A DNA stretch of 64,000 nt from Rhodospirillaceae bacterium (GTDB lineage: Bacteria; Pseudomonadota; Alphaproteobacteria; CACIAM-22H2). The position numbers and the translations under genes are program-made. The notes under the pieces were generated by a model. That model was not told the origin of the DNA. It saw only the letters and a program-made list of their open reading frames with translations, and ran no database searches. The DNA lies in assembly GCA_009694125.1 (NCBI GenBank), contig SHVT01000001.1, positions 6,105 through 70,104 on the forward strand. Direction: 5' to 3'. Positions 29,312 to 39,474 of this stretch are shown piece by piece; position 1 is the stretch's first letter, and each line of letters begins with the position of its first letter.

Positions 29312-31498
29312 CTAAGGCACGGCCGGCCCGCCACCCGTCCGCTTACGCCGGGCGACCCCACGTACGACATTGTCGATCAACAGCCGACCGGCCGCGCCGC
29401 CCATCGTCAATATCGATTCCGGGTGGAACTGGACGCCTTCGACCGGCAGTTCCCGGTGCCGGATCGCCATGACGAGGCCGGTTTCGTTGCGGGCCGATAC
29501 TTCCAGGCTGGATGGGAATCGGTCCTCGCGGGCAACGAGTGAGTGATAGGCCCCCGCTGCGTAAGGCGAGGGCAGGCCGGCGAAGATGGTCCGTCCGTCA
29601 TGGCTGATCTTCCACGTCTTTCCATGGCGCGGTTCGTCGAGGACCCGTAGGTCGCCGCCAAACGCTTGGACCATGCCCTGAAGGCCCAGGCACACGCCGA
29701 ATTGACCGACGCCGCGTTCGGCCAAAGCGCGCACGAGATCGGGCACGCCGAATTGCTCAGGCCATCCAGGTCCCGGTGAATGGACGACCAGGTCGGGCGC
29801 TCCGGCAAGCAATCGCTCCAATTGTGTGCCGGCGCGCAACGTACGGACCTCCGCACCGGTTTGGCGGAAATAGTCGGCCAGCGTGTGGACGAAGGAATCC
29901 TCGTTATCGACGAATACGATCTTCAGGCCGACGCCCGGCGGCGACGCCGGCGCGCCGATGGCCGGAGAGGGCGGCGGCGAGGCCAGGTCCGCAAGCGCTC
30001 GAAACAGTGCGTTCGATTTCGTTCTTGTCTCTTCCTCTTCCTCGACCCCGACGGAATCCCAGACCAACGTCGCACCGACTCGATAGCGGGCCTTTCCGCC
30101 GATCAGATGGAACGTGCGGATGGTGATGCCGGTGTTGAGGTTGCCGTTGAACAGTAAGGCGCCGACTGCGCCGCCATACCAACCACGGGGGGAGGCCTCG
30201 AAGCCTTCGATGAGCTGCACGGCCATTTTCTTCGGCGCGCCGGTCAGCGTGACCGCCCACATATGCGACAGGAAGGCGTCAATGCCGGAAAAGCCCGGCC
30301 GCAACCGGCCTTCGACGTGATCGATGGTGTGATAAAGCCCGGCATAGGCCTCGATCAGCCGCCGGTCGAGCAGTTTCACCGTTCCGGGGACGCAAACGCG
30401 CGACTTGTCGTTGCGGTCGACGTCCGTGCACATCGTCAGCTCGACCTCGTCCTTTTCAGAATTGAGAAGCGCCAGCAGGCGCTCGGCATCCTCCATCGCA
30501 TTGCCGCCGCGGCGCACGGTGCCGGAAATCGGGCAGGATTCGATGCGGTCGCCCTCGACTCGAATGAACATCTCGGGTGATGTGCCGACCAATCGGTCCT
30601 CCCCGAGTTGTAGGAAGAACTCATACGGGCTCGGGTTAACCCGCCGGATTTGATGGTAGAGCGCCGAAGCCGGCCCGGTGTATTCGGTCTCAAAGACGCG
30701 GCTCAGCACGACCTCGAAGATATCGCCGGCTTTCATGCGCGCACGCGCCGTGTCGACCATCGCCGCGTAATTTTGCGGATTGCGATCGGAGGTTATCGCG
30801 GCCTTTCTAATCCCGGTGTTCGCGGCGGGGTGTGGCAGGGGCGCGAAGCTCGTTGCGTCCGCGCAGGCCATGCTTATCCCGTCCCGGGAAAGCACATAGT
30901 CGAATCGGTAGGCCGCTTCCTTGCGGCGATCCACGCAGGTCAAACAATCGGGAAAGTAAAGATGGAGGTCGCGGTCTTCGGGATTGCGCTTCTGGCTCAG
31001 AACAATTCTCTCGAACTGAAAAATCAGGTCGTAGCCAAAGGCCCCATAGAGTCCGAAAAAGGCATCGTCGATCCCGCGAAACTCTCCGATCAGGCGGCGC
31101 AGCGGCGAAAACAGCGAGGGCTGGAGGCTGCGGTCTTCCTCGGCGAAAAAGCCGTCGGACGGCCGGATGTCGAGACTAAGGCGCCGCGGACTGTCCTCGG
31201 CGATGTCGGTCTCGGGGCCGACGAGAATGGGCTTCAGGATGGCCAGAAGCCTCGTGCCGCGTTCGTTGAGCGCGGACAACGACAGGCGTTGTCCCCGCGC
31301 CTTGATTTCGATCGGCGGACCCGCGAAACCGATGTCCCAGCGCGAATAGCGGCCGGGATACTCGACGCCGGAGGACAGCAGCACCCCGCGTTCGCCGTCC
31401 AGCCGTTCGGCGAGGCCGGCGATGCCTTGTTTGAAGTCCAGCGTCGTGGTCGTTCGCTCGACGAGGACTCCGGAAGGCGTGGTAAAGCGATCTGTCAT
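29312..31498 (-). CDS. trpE: Fused anthranilate synthase TrpE(G)
   Basis: EYPGRYSRWD, NPSPY, ELTMCTDVDRNDK, TGAPK; GATase part DSFVHTLADY, SPGPG, GVCLG, QFHPES. Confidence 0.95.
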   Translation of the reverse strand: MTDRFTTPSGVLVERTTTTLDFKQGIAGLAERLDGERGVLLSSGVEYPGRYSRWDIGFAGPPIEIKARGQRLSLSALNERGTRLLAILKPILVGPETDIAEDSPRRLSLDIRPSDGFFAEEDRSLQPSLFSPLRRLIGEFRGIDDAFFGLYGAFGYDLIFQFERIVLSQKRNPEDRDLHLYFPDCLTCVDRRKEAAYRFDYVLSRDGISMACADATSFAPLPHPAANTGIRKAAITSDRNPQNYAAMVDTARARMKAGDIFEVVLSRVFETEYTGPASALYHQIRRVNPSPYEFFLQLGEDRLVGTSPEMFIRVEGDRIESCPISGTVRRGGNAMEDAERLLALLNSEKDEVELTMCTDVDRNDKSRVCVPGTVKLLDRRLIEAYAGLYHTIDHVEGRLRPGFSGIDAFLSHMWAVTLTGAPKKMAVQLIEGFEASPRGWYGGAVGALLFNGNLNTGITIRTFHLIGGKARYRVGATLVWDSVGVEEEEETRTKSNALFRALADLASPPPSPAIGAPASPPGVGLKIVFVDNEDSFVHTLADYFRQTGAEVRTLRAGTQLERLLAGAPDLVVHSPGPGWPEQFGVPDLVRALAERGVGQFGVCLGLQGMVQAFGGDLRVLDEPRHGKTWKISHDGRTIFAGLPSPYAAGAYHSLVAREDRFPSSLEVSARNETGLVMAIRHRELPVEGVQFHPESILTMGGAAGRLLIDNVVRGVARRKRTGGGPAVP

Positions 31499-31601
31499 GT
31501 CTTGCACCCGCTGGCTTGCGATTCCGACGGCAGGCCGCCGGCCGATGCCGAGTGCCCTGCGTCGTCAAGCGGTTGAAATGAAAGGCGTCGTGGATCTTTG
31601 G

Positions 31602-31670
31602 CTAACAGCTTCGCCAGAGCCAGACCTGCCAGATGCGCGGATTCGTCAGACGGGACTTTTTCGCCGGCAT
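31602..31670 (-). CDS. trpL: Trp-rich leader peptide MPAKKSRLTNPRIWQVWLWRSC
   Basis: 22-codon ORF with three TGG codons ending about 100 nt upstream of trpE(G) on the same strand. Confidence 0.7.
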   Translation of the reverse strand: MPAKKSRLTNPRIWQVWLWRSC

Positions 31671-31757
31671 AATGGCGGCACGATAACATTGGCGCGGAAG
31701 ACGGTCCATCCTCCGGGCGCCGGAACCGCGCCGGAACCGAAACGCCGCGAGCGCCGC

Positions 31758-32868
31758 TTACGCCTGGTAGGTGGGCAGCTTGAACAGCCGCGCCGCGTTG
31801 CCATGCGCAATCTTGGTCGCCAGATCCCGCGGAAGCTGCGCGATCAACGCGCGGGTCTCGGTCGATTTCGGCAGCTTGCGAAGGCGGAACGCGGCGGCCA
31901 TGTGCTGATGGCCGGAGCCGATCATAAAACGGTCGCTGAAATCGCCGAGTAATTTGAGCCAGTCGGGCTTGAGGCGGCTGTTGTTGTCGAGCGGACGTGT
32001 GGCAGCGACACTCAACCGGTCGATGCGGATGCTCATATACAGGTTTGGGTTGGCGGCCAGAAGCTCCCGCAGAAGCTCCGGCGTGCGGTGGCCGGTATTG
32101 TCCCAGCCCGTATTCGCCCAGATGATATTGGCCTTGCGGTTGGCACCGAGCAGCTTTTTGAATTCTTCGATATTGGCCGGCAGGCTTTCGGGATTGTTCG
32201 GCGTGCGCGCCGCCCAAACCTTCGCGAGGGTGTATTCCTTCACCACCGCTTCCATATGAACCATCATCGGCACGCCGCTCTCCGCCGCTAGGTTCGCCAG
32301 TTGGGTGACCAAGGGGTGGTCCGGGGGCGCCGAGACATAGGGCTGGTCCTTGTTGAAGGACAATTGCTCGAGCCCGATCTCGCCGAAACCCATGCCTCCG
32401 GCGGCCAAGATGGCCTTGGCCTTGGCCTCGAAATCGGCCTTCAAGGCGGGTGATACCGCGTTGGTGCGAACGGACTGCTGGATGATGAGATTGAGCTGGC
32501 CGCCGCCGCCGAGAAAGCCGAAACGGTCGGCCTTGGCCTTCAGAATGTCGGCAAAGAAATCATAATCGTGCAATGATAAGGTGGTTGATCGCGAAAGGTG
32601 GCGGCATGACGATGGCCCGCTTGAAATTGAGCGCATCCATCGTTTCCAGCGCTTCATCCGCCGCGCTTCCGTAATGGTTGCCGGGTATTCCCGGGGCGCG
32701 GCCAACCAGATAGACCTGCGTATCGATGACTGGGATGCCGATGTCGATATTCTGCGCTGCGGCGTCGCCCGACCGGCTCAGCGTGCGCAACGCGACTGCG
32801 CCAAGGGCCGCACGCGAAAACACGCCAAGTGCCTTCCGGCGATCAACAGGGTGGTGGTTGTCGGTCAT
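31758..32868 (-). pseudogene. Tat-signal amidohydrolase-fold protein, frameshifted near 32570-32590
   Basis: N-terminus MTDNHHPVDRRKAL...IPVIDTQVY...AIVMPPPF in one frame; C-terminus HDYD...GFGEI...DHP...VHMEA...RFMIGS...HGNAARLF in another; span is 3n+1. Confidence 0.7.
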
Positions 32869-33099
32869 GCCTCGATTCCTTTCGCTCAAGCCCATCAGTG
32901 ACACGAGGGCCCGCTTGTCGTCGTCGGCGCGGCTCGAAACTCCTACATAAGCCTCTGATCTAGAGCAGATTGGACCCGCCATCAACCGTCAAACTGTTAC
33001 CGCTTTCTTGAGCCGTGGTGAATTTTTCCGGACAAGGCGTTATACGGTGGACAAGTCCGTTTGGCAGCCGAGTTTGTTCGCAATGACCTATCCCGCTCA

Positions 33100-34074
33100 A
33101 TGACCGTTCTCCTGACCGGCGCCGCCGGGTTTATCGGCTACCATGTCGCACAGGCACTGCTTGCTCGCGGAAACGCCGTCATCGGCATCGACGACCTCAA
33201 CGCCTATTACGAGCCGGGGCTGAAACAGGCTCGCCTCGACCGCCTCACGCGGCAAAAGGGATTTTCGTTCAGCAAGATCGATATCGCCGACCGCGACGCC
33301 GTCACCGCGCTGGTGGCGCGCCATCCCGAAATCGAAGGGGCGGTTCACCTCGCCGCCCAGGCCGGCGTTCGTTATTCGCTTGAACACCCCGAAGCCTATG
33401 TGCGGGCAAATCTGGACGGTCACTTTGCCGTGATCGATGCCTGCCGGCGCCTGCCCCGGCTGCGCCACCTGGTTTATGCCTCGTCGTCATCGGTCTATGG
33501 CGGCAATACGAAATTGCCCTTCGCCGTCGAAGACCGGGTCGACCGACCGATTTCCCTCTACGCCGCAACCAAAGCGGCGGACGAGCTGATCAGCCGCTGC
33601 TACAGCCATCTGTACGGAATGAAGATGACCGGGCTGCGGTTTTTCACGGTTTATGGACCTTGGGGACGGCCCGACATGTCCGCCTACATCTTCACCAAGG
33701 CGATCCTCGCGGGCGAGCCGATCACCGTATTCAACAACGGCGACATGAAACGCGACTTCACATATGTCGACGATATCGTTGCCGGCGTCCTCGCCTGTCT
33801 CGATCGCCCTCCGCCGGGGGGTGATGACTCCCACCGCCTGTACAATCTCGGCAATCATCGCGCGGAGCCGCTGATGCGGTTCATAGGCGAGATCGAGCGC
33901 GCCACCGGACGCAAGGCGCAAATGCGTTTTGCCCCGCTACAGCCCGGCGACGTGAAGGAAACCTTCGCCGATATCGACTCGTCGCGTCGCGATCTTGGTT
34001 TCGAACCGAAGACCGGCATCGACGAGGGCGTGCCGCGTTTCGTCGCCTGGTACCGCGACTATCACCGCGTCTAG
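33100..34074 (+). CDS. NAD-dependent epimerase (UDP-glucuronate 4-epimerase-like)
   Basis: TGAAGFIG, HLAAQAGVRYS, ASSSSVYG, YAATK, RFFTVYGPWGRPDM. Confidence 0.92.
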   Translation: MTVLLTGAAGFIGYHVAQALLARGNAVIGIDDLNAYYEPGLKQARLDRLTRQKGFSFSKIDIADRDAVTALVARHPEIEGAVHLAAQAGVRYSLEHPEAYVRANLDGHFAVIDACRRLPRLRHLVYASSSSVYGGNTKLPFAVEDRVDRPISLYAATKAADELISRCYSHLYGMKMTGLRFFTVYGPWGRPDMSAYIFTKAILAGEPITVFNNGDMKRDFTYVDDIVAGVLACLDRPPPGGDDSHRLYNLGNHRAEPLMRFIGEIERATGRKAQMRFAPLQPGDVKETFADIDSSRRDLGFEPKTGIDEGVPRFVAWYRDYHRV

Positions 34075-35420
34075 TTGGCGGGCGGTACGCCGCAGGCCGA
34101 CAGCGCGTCGCTCTGCCGCCGGCCCAGGGTGTCTTCGTCGAAATCGCCGATCAGGTCGTGAAACAGGCGGTACCAGTTGATCTCCGCCTTGAGGTGGAGA
34201 AAGACCGACCCCAGGCCGATCGCCGCGCGGTCCATGAGGACGAATTCGCGGGGCGGCGTGACCCCGCCCAGACGGCGCAGTTCCGCGTGCACCTTGCCGG
34301 CGACCTCCGCGCCATAGACGCCGCCCGTAGTGTCCTGGATACGCCGCGCCTTGTCTTCCATCAGCGGCGCGTAGACGAATTCCGCCCAGTGATTGAGAAC
34401 CGCGATCACGTCCTTCGATAGGTTCTTGAACCCCCAAGTCTCATAAGCAAACACCGCAAGTTTGGAATCGTTGGTGTTCAGTGCGTTGTAAAGGTCGATG
34501 ACGCCACGCACGAAAGACGGTTTGAACACGCGCACGCAGCCAAAATCGAGAAGATTGACCGACCCGTCTGTACAGGCGGCATAGTTGCCCAGATGCGGGT
34601 CGCCATGGATGACGCCGTAGTCGTAGAACGGCAGATACCACGCGCGAAACATGTTGTAGGCGACGATGTTGGCGCGCTTGGGGTGGGTCTTGACGAAATC
34701 GGTCAGCCTTTCGCCGTCCAGCCAGGTCATGGTCAACAACCGCCGGGTGGACAGCTCCTGCCGAACGCTTGGGACATTCACGCCCTTTTCGTCCTGATGG
34801 ATCAGCCCATACAGGCGGACATGGCTGGCTTCGCGTCCATAGTCGAGTTCCTCGCGAAGACGGGCGGAAATCTCGGCATGGATCTGGCTGGTCGTCACCG
34901 CGCGGTCATACCGCTCGAAAATGGAGAAGGCGAGTTTGAGTTGCTGGAGATCCGCCTCCACCGCCGAATCCATGTCCGGATATTGAAGCTTGCATGCCAG
35001 TCGTTCGCCATCCGGCGATTGCGCGCGATGGACCTGCCCGAGAGAGGCCGCCGCCGCCGCCTCGCGGCCGAAGGATCGGAAGCGCTTTTCCCAGTTCGGT
35101 CCAAGCTCCGCGGCCATACGCCTGCGCACGAAGGGCCAACCCATCGACGGCGCCTGCGATTGTAGCTGCGTCAACTCGTGGACATATTCCTTGGGCAGGG
35201 CGTCGGGAATCGTGGAGAGGAGCTGGGCCACCTTCATCAGTGGCCCTTTGAGTCCCCCAAGCGCCCGCCGCAAATCTGCGGCGTGGCGCTGGCGATCGAT
35301 GGCGACCCCGAAAAAGCGCTCGCCGGCAAGTCGGGCCGCCAGCCCGCCGACGGACGCGGTTACCCGGGCATAACGACGCGCCCGACCGGTTAGCGTATTT
35401 TCGTCAACCGGCTCGGCCAT
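34071..35420 (-). CDS. ABC1/UbiB (AarF) family atypical kinase
   Basis: KGPLMKVAQ, AAASLGQVH, KLQYP, HGDPHLGN, LLDFGC. Confidence 0.9.
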   Translation of the reverse strand: MAEPVDENTLTGRARRYARVTASVGGLAARLAGERFFGVAIDRQRHAADLRRALGGLKGPLMKVAQLLSTIPDALPKEYVHELTQLQSQAPSMGWPFVRRRMAAELGPNWEKRFRSFGREAAAAASLGQVHRAQSPDGERLACKLQYPDMDSAVEADLQQLKLAFSIFERYDRAVTTSQIHAEISARLREELDYGREASHVRLYGLIHQDEKGVNVPSVRQELSTRRLLTMTWLDGERLTDFVKTHPKRANIVAYNMFRAWYLPFYDYGVIHGDPHLGNYAACTDGSVNLLDFGCVRVFKPSFVRGVIDLYNALNTNDSKLAVFAYETWGFKNLSKDVIAVLNHWAEFVYAPLMEDKARRIQDTTGGVYGAEVAGKVHAELRRLGGVTPPREFVLMDRAAIGLGSVFLHLKAEINWYRLFHDLIGDFDEDTLGRRQSDALSACGVPPAN

Positions 35421-35425
35421 GGACC

Positions 35426-37219
35426 TTAATCGAGCGTTTCGAGTTCGTCGATAAAACCTTCGATCACCGCAAGCCCGCGTGCCCAAAAAGATGGATCCGA
35501 TGCGTCCAGTCCGAAGGGTGCCAGCAGCTCCTTGTGCCGGCGTGTGCCACCGGCGCGCAGCATGTCGAGATATTTGGGCGCAAAACCCTCCGGTTGCCGG
35601 CGATAGACGGCGTAGAGCGAATTCACGAGGCAATCGCCGAAGGCATAGGCGTACACGTAAAACGGCGAGTGGATGAAATGGGGGATGTATGTCCACCACA
35701 CCTTGTATTCGTCATGGAGATTGAGGGCGGGACCCAGGCTTTCGTTTTGAACCGCCATCCAGATTTCGCCGATTCGTTCGGCCGTCATCTCCCCAGCGCG
35801 GCGTTCGTCGTGGAGGCGGCGTTCAAATTCGAAGAAGGCGATCTGCCGCACCACCGTGTTGATCATGTCCTCGACCTTGCCGGCCAGCAGCGCCTTGCGC
35901 CGCTTGGCGTCGGCCTTGGCCAGAAGGGCCTGGAAGGTCAACATCTCGCCGAAGACCGACGCCGTCTCGGCCAAGGTCAGAGGCGTATCCGCCATCAATT
36001 GGCCTTGGGGGGCGGCCAAAATCTGGTGGACCCCGTGCCCCAATTCATGGGCCAACGTCATGACGTCCCGGGTCTTCCCCTGGTAATTGAGCAGCAGATA
36101 GGGATGGGCCGAGGGCACGGTGGGATGGGCAAAAGCGCCGGGCGCCTTGCCCGGCCGCGCCTCCGCGTCGATCCAATCGCTGTCGAAAAAACGAGCCCCG
36201 ATCGACGCCAATTCCGGTGAAAAGCGCGAATACGCGGAAAGTACGGTCTCGCGCGCGCTCGGCCATTCGATGACCAGGTTGTCGGATTCCGGCAGGGGGG
36301 CGTTGCGGTCCCAATAATCGAGGCGGTCCACGCCGAACCACCGCGCCTTGAGCCGGTAGTATCGATGGGACAGGCGCGGGAAGGATTGGCGCACGGCGGC
36401 AACCAGGGCGTCGACCACCTCGTCCTCGACGCGGTTGGCGAGATTGCGCGACGACACCGGGCGGCGATAGGCACGCCAGCGATCCTCGATCTCCTTTTCC
36501 TTGGCCAAGGTGTTGGTGACCAGCGAAAACAGGCGGGTATTGGCTCCGAACACCGCGCTGAGCGATTGGGCGGCGGCGCGACGCAACCGTGGATCGTGTT
36601 CGGACAAAAGGTGCAAGGCCTCCGCGCTTGACAAAGCGCGGCCGTCGACGGGAAAACGCAACGAGGCGATGGTCTCGTCGAATAGCCGCACCCAAGCGGC
36701 GCGGCCGGCGACCTGTTTTTCGTGCAGCAGTTTTTCAAGGTCGTCGGAAAGCTGATGTGGCCGGAAGGCACGCAGATCGCGCAGCCACGGTTGGTAATGG
36801 GCGAGTTCCTTGGCCTTGAGCTTGTTCTCGATCGCCTCATCGTCCAGGCGATTGAGTTCGAGCGTGAAGAACAGAGTGCGTGTGGAAATCGCGTTGATCT
36901 TTTCTTGCGTGGTCTGAAAAAAGCGGCCGATTTCAGGGTCGTCCATACACCCCGCATGGGTCAGTTCGGCGAAACTGCCGATGCGCCCAAGGCGTTCCTC
37001 GAGCCTTTCGTATTCGGCCACGGCCTTCCCCAGCGCCGCTCCGGGCATCGCCGCCAATTTCCCTTGATAGCGAATCTGGAAGGCCTCGGCCTCTTTAGCG
37101 GCGGCCGCCAAATCCGATTCAAGGGCCGCGGAATCCGGGCTGGAATAGAGATCGCTCAAATTCCAGCGTGGCGCCGTCACCGCCGCCGGTATCGAAGTCG
37201 CCGCGCCAACGTTCGACAT
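35426..37219 (-). CDS. M3 family oligoendopeptidase F
   Basis: WNLSDLY, TLAHELGH, AETASVFGE, HFIHSPFYVYAY. Confidence 0.92.
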   Translation of the reverse strand: MSNVGAATSIPAAVTAPRWNLSDLYSSPDSAALESDLAAAAKEAEAFQIRYQGKLAAMPGAALGKAVAEYERLEERLGRIGSFAELTHAGCMDDPEIGRFFQTTQEKINAISTRTLFFTLELNRLDDEAIENKLKAKELAHYQPWLRDLRAFRPHQLSDDLEKLLHEKQVAGRAAWVRLFDETIASLRFPVDGRALSSAEALHLLSEHDPRLRRAAAQSLSAVFGANTRLFSLVTNTLAKEKEIEDRWRAYRRPVSSRNLANRVEDEVVDALVAAVRQSFPRLSHRYYRLKARWFGVDRLDYWDRNAPLPESDNLVIEWPSARETVLSAYSRFSPELASIGARFFDSDWIDAEARPGKAPGAFAHPTVPSAHPYLLLNYQGKTRDVMTLAHELGHGVHQILAAPQGQLMADTPLTLAETASVFGEMLTFQALLAKADAKRRKALLAGKVEDMINTVVRQIAFFEFERRLHDERRAGEMTAERIGEIWMAVQNESLGPALNLHDEYKVWWTYIPHFIHSPFYVYAYAFGDCLVNSLYAVYRRQPEGFAPKYLDMLRAGGTRRHKELLAPFGLDASDPSFWARGLAVIEGFIDELETLD

Positions 37220-37296
37220 GTTTTGCTCCCGGTCGTCACCATCGGTATAAGCTTCCTTCACAACCCGGCCAAGTCTCCAGGCGCCGGGAGGGAGGG

Positions 37297-39090
37297 ATGA
37301 TGGACTACGATCGGTTGGTGAACCTTCCGAAACTGTTCTTCGACCAAGCCGATCGGTTGGGGGACAAGCTGTTTCTCTGGGCGAAACGGGACGGCCGTTT
37401 CGTCGGCAGAAGCTGGAAGGAGACTGCGGCGGAAGTCAGCTCGCTTTCGCGGGGTTTGCGCGCGCTTGGCATCGGTGTGGGCGACCGGGTCGTGCTGGTC
37501 TGCGAAAATCGGCCGGAATGGCTGATCGCCGATATCGCGATCATGGCCGCTGGCGCGGTTAGCGTTCCCGCCTATGTGACCAATACTTCGGACGATCATT
37601 TTCACATCCTGAACAATAGCGGCGCCAAGGCCGCGATCGTATCGACCGCGGCGCTCGCCGAACGGCTATTGCCGGCGGCGGCGCGCATCAAGGATCTCAA
37701 TTGCGTCGTCACGCTGGAACCCGCGGACGCCGGCAAAAGCGGCGTTCGACTGCGCGCCTGGAAGGATCTGGTCAGTCTGGGCGAACGCCAGCCCGATGAC
37801 GTGCGGGAGCGTGTTGGCCGCATCAAGCGCAACGAGTTGAGCTGCATCATCTATACCTCGGGCACCGGCGGCCTTCCCAAGGGCGTGGCGCTGTCTCACG
37901 GCTCGATGATCAGCAACTGTAAGGGCGCCTATAAGTTGCTGTTGGAACTCGGGCTGTCCGATGAGGTGTTCCTTTGTTTCCTGCCGCTTTCGCACTCCTA
38001 CGAACACACCGCCGGGATGTTCTTCCCGACCTCCATCGGCGCGCAGATTTACTATTCCAGCGCCGAGACACTTGCCCAGGACATGGTCGAGGTGCGGCCG
38101 ACGATCATGACCGCCGTGCCGCGGCTGTATGAAAGTCTCCATCAGCGCATCCGCCGCGGGGTCGACCGCGAGAGGGGGTTGAAGCGCGCATTGTTCGAGA
38201 AGGCGTTGGAGCTGGGCACTCGCCGCCTTGAGCGGCCGGAATCCCTCACTTTGGGCGACAGACTGATCGATCTGGTGGTCGACAAGCTGGTCCGCAACAA
38301 GGTCAGGGGCCGGTTCGGCGGAAGGCTGAAAGCGCTCGTCTCCGGCGGGGCACCGCTCAGCTACGACATTGGGTTGTTTTTTACGTCGCTTGGGCTCCTG
38401 TTGCTGCAAGGGTACGGCCAGACCGAGGCGGCGCCGGTGGTCAGTTGCAATCCGCCTTCGCGGGTCAAACTGCGGACCGTCGGCCCGCCGCTTTGTGATG
38501 TCGAGGTGAAAATCGCGGAGGACGGAGAAATTCTCGTGCGCGGCGAATTGGTGATGCAGGGCTATTGGAACGATCCCGCCGCAACCGCCTCGACCATACG
38601 CGACGGTTGGTTGCACACCGGCGACATCGGCGTCGTGGACAGCGACGGCTACATTCAGATCACCGATCGCAAGAAGGACATCATCGTCAATTCCGGCGGG
38701 GACAATGTTTCACCGGCGCGCGTCGAATCCGCGCTGACGCTCCAGGCGGAGATCGCTCAAGCCTATGTCCATGGCGACCGGCATCCCTATCTCGTCGGGT
38801 TGTTGGTGCCCGACGCCGACTTCGCGGAGAATTGGGCCAAGGCCAACAACCGGTCCAAGGATCTCGCTGCGTTGGCCAATGATCGCGATTTTCATGCCGC
38901 CATGGATGCCGTGGTCGAACGCGTCAACAAGACATTGTCGTTGATCGAACGGGTTCGCCGCTTCGCTTTGGCGACGGAGCCTTTCACCGTGGCGAATGGC
39001 CAAATGACGCCATCGCTGAAGATCAGACGCCACGCGATTCGCAAGAGTTACGGCGAGCGCCTGGAGGCCCTTTACGAAGCCCAACGCTGA
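37297..39090 (+). CDS. Long-chain fatty acid--CoA ligase
   Basis: YTSGTGGLPKGV, QGYGQTE, WLHTGDIG, ITDRKKD, TPSLKIRR. Confidence 0.92.
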   Translation: MMDYDRLVNLPKLFFDQADRLGDKLFLWAKRDGRFVGRSWKETAAEVSSLSRGLRALGIGVGDRVVLVCENRPEWLIADIAIMAAGAVSVPAYVTNTSDDHFHILNNSGAKAAIVSTAALAERLLPAAARIKDLNCVVTLEPADAGKSGVRLRAWKDLVSLGERQPDDVRERVGRIKRNELSCIIYTSGTGGLPKGVALSHGSMISNCKGAYKLLLELGLSDEVFLCFLPLSHSYEHTAGMFFPTSIGAQIYYSSAETLAQDMVEVRPTIMTAVPRLYESLHQRIRRGVDRERGLKRALFEKALELGTRRLERPESLTLGDRLIDLVVDKLVRNKVRGRFGGRLKALVSGGAPLSYDIGLFFTSLGLLLLQGYGQTEAAPVVSCNPPSRVKLRTVGPPLCDVEVKIAEDGEILVRGELVMQGYWNDPAATASTIRDGWLHTGDIGVVDSDGYIQITDRKKDIIVNSGGDNVSPARVESALTLQAEIAQAYVHGDRHPYLVGLLVPDADFAENWAKANNRSKDLAALANDRDFHAAMDAVVERVNKTLSLIERVRRFALATEPFTVANGQMTPSLKIRRHAIRKSYGERLEALYEAQR

Positions 39091-39105
39091 TGGCGACCCG
39101 TCGAT

Positions 39106-39474
39106 CTAACCGCTGGCGGGAAATTCCGGCGTTGCCTGGTCCAACCAACCGAGGATCGCGATACTTTCCTTTTCGATGTAGGCGAGGAAATCGGTCTCCT
39201 TGCCGATCTCGACCAGCATCACGAATCGATGGCCGGTGGACCGGTTCAAGGTCAGCACCGGGCGTAGCCGGAAGCGGGTCAACCGGCTGTTGAGTGAAGG
39301 CGTCGCGTAATATCCCCAGGATTTGCGAACGACGTCGTATTCCGTGCCCGATGCGGTGGTGAAGGTCACGATTTCATCGGCCGCCAATGCAACATCGGCC
39401 ACGTGCCGCAATGTTATGTCGCGCTCGCGGCCCACGCGGAATTCGCGCGGCGGCTCGATCGGGGCCAATTTCAT
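39106..39474 (-). CDS. Hypothetical protein, last gene of the sugar cluster
   Basis: ATGA overlap with the upstream gene, GGAGG RBS, protein-like composition (EYDVVRKSWGYYATPSLNSRL). Confidence 0.75.
   Translation of the reverse strand: MKLAPIEPPREFRVGRERDITLRHVADVALAADEIVTFTTASGTEYDVVRKSWGYYATPSLNSRLTRFRLRPVLTLNRSTGHRFVMLVEIGKETDFLAYIEKESIAILGWLDQATPEFPASG

Noticed and set aside
32954..33000. Near-palindrome TCTGATCTAGAGCAGA as an FNR box or CTAGAGC-type repeat element
   Set aside because: Three mismatches to TTGAT-N4-ATCAA, no closing GCTCTA end and no second copy noticed in the window.
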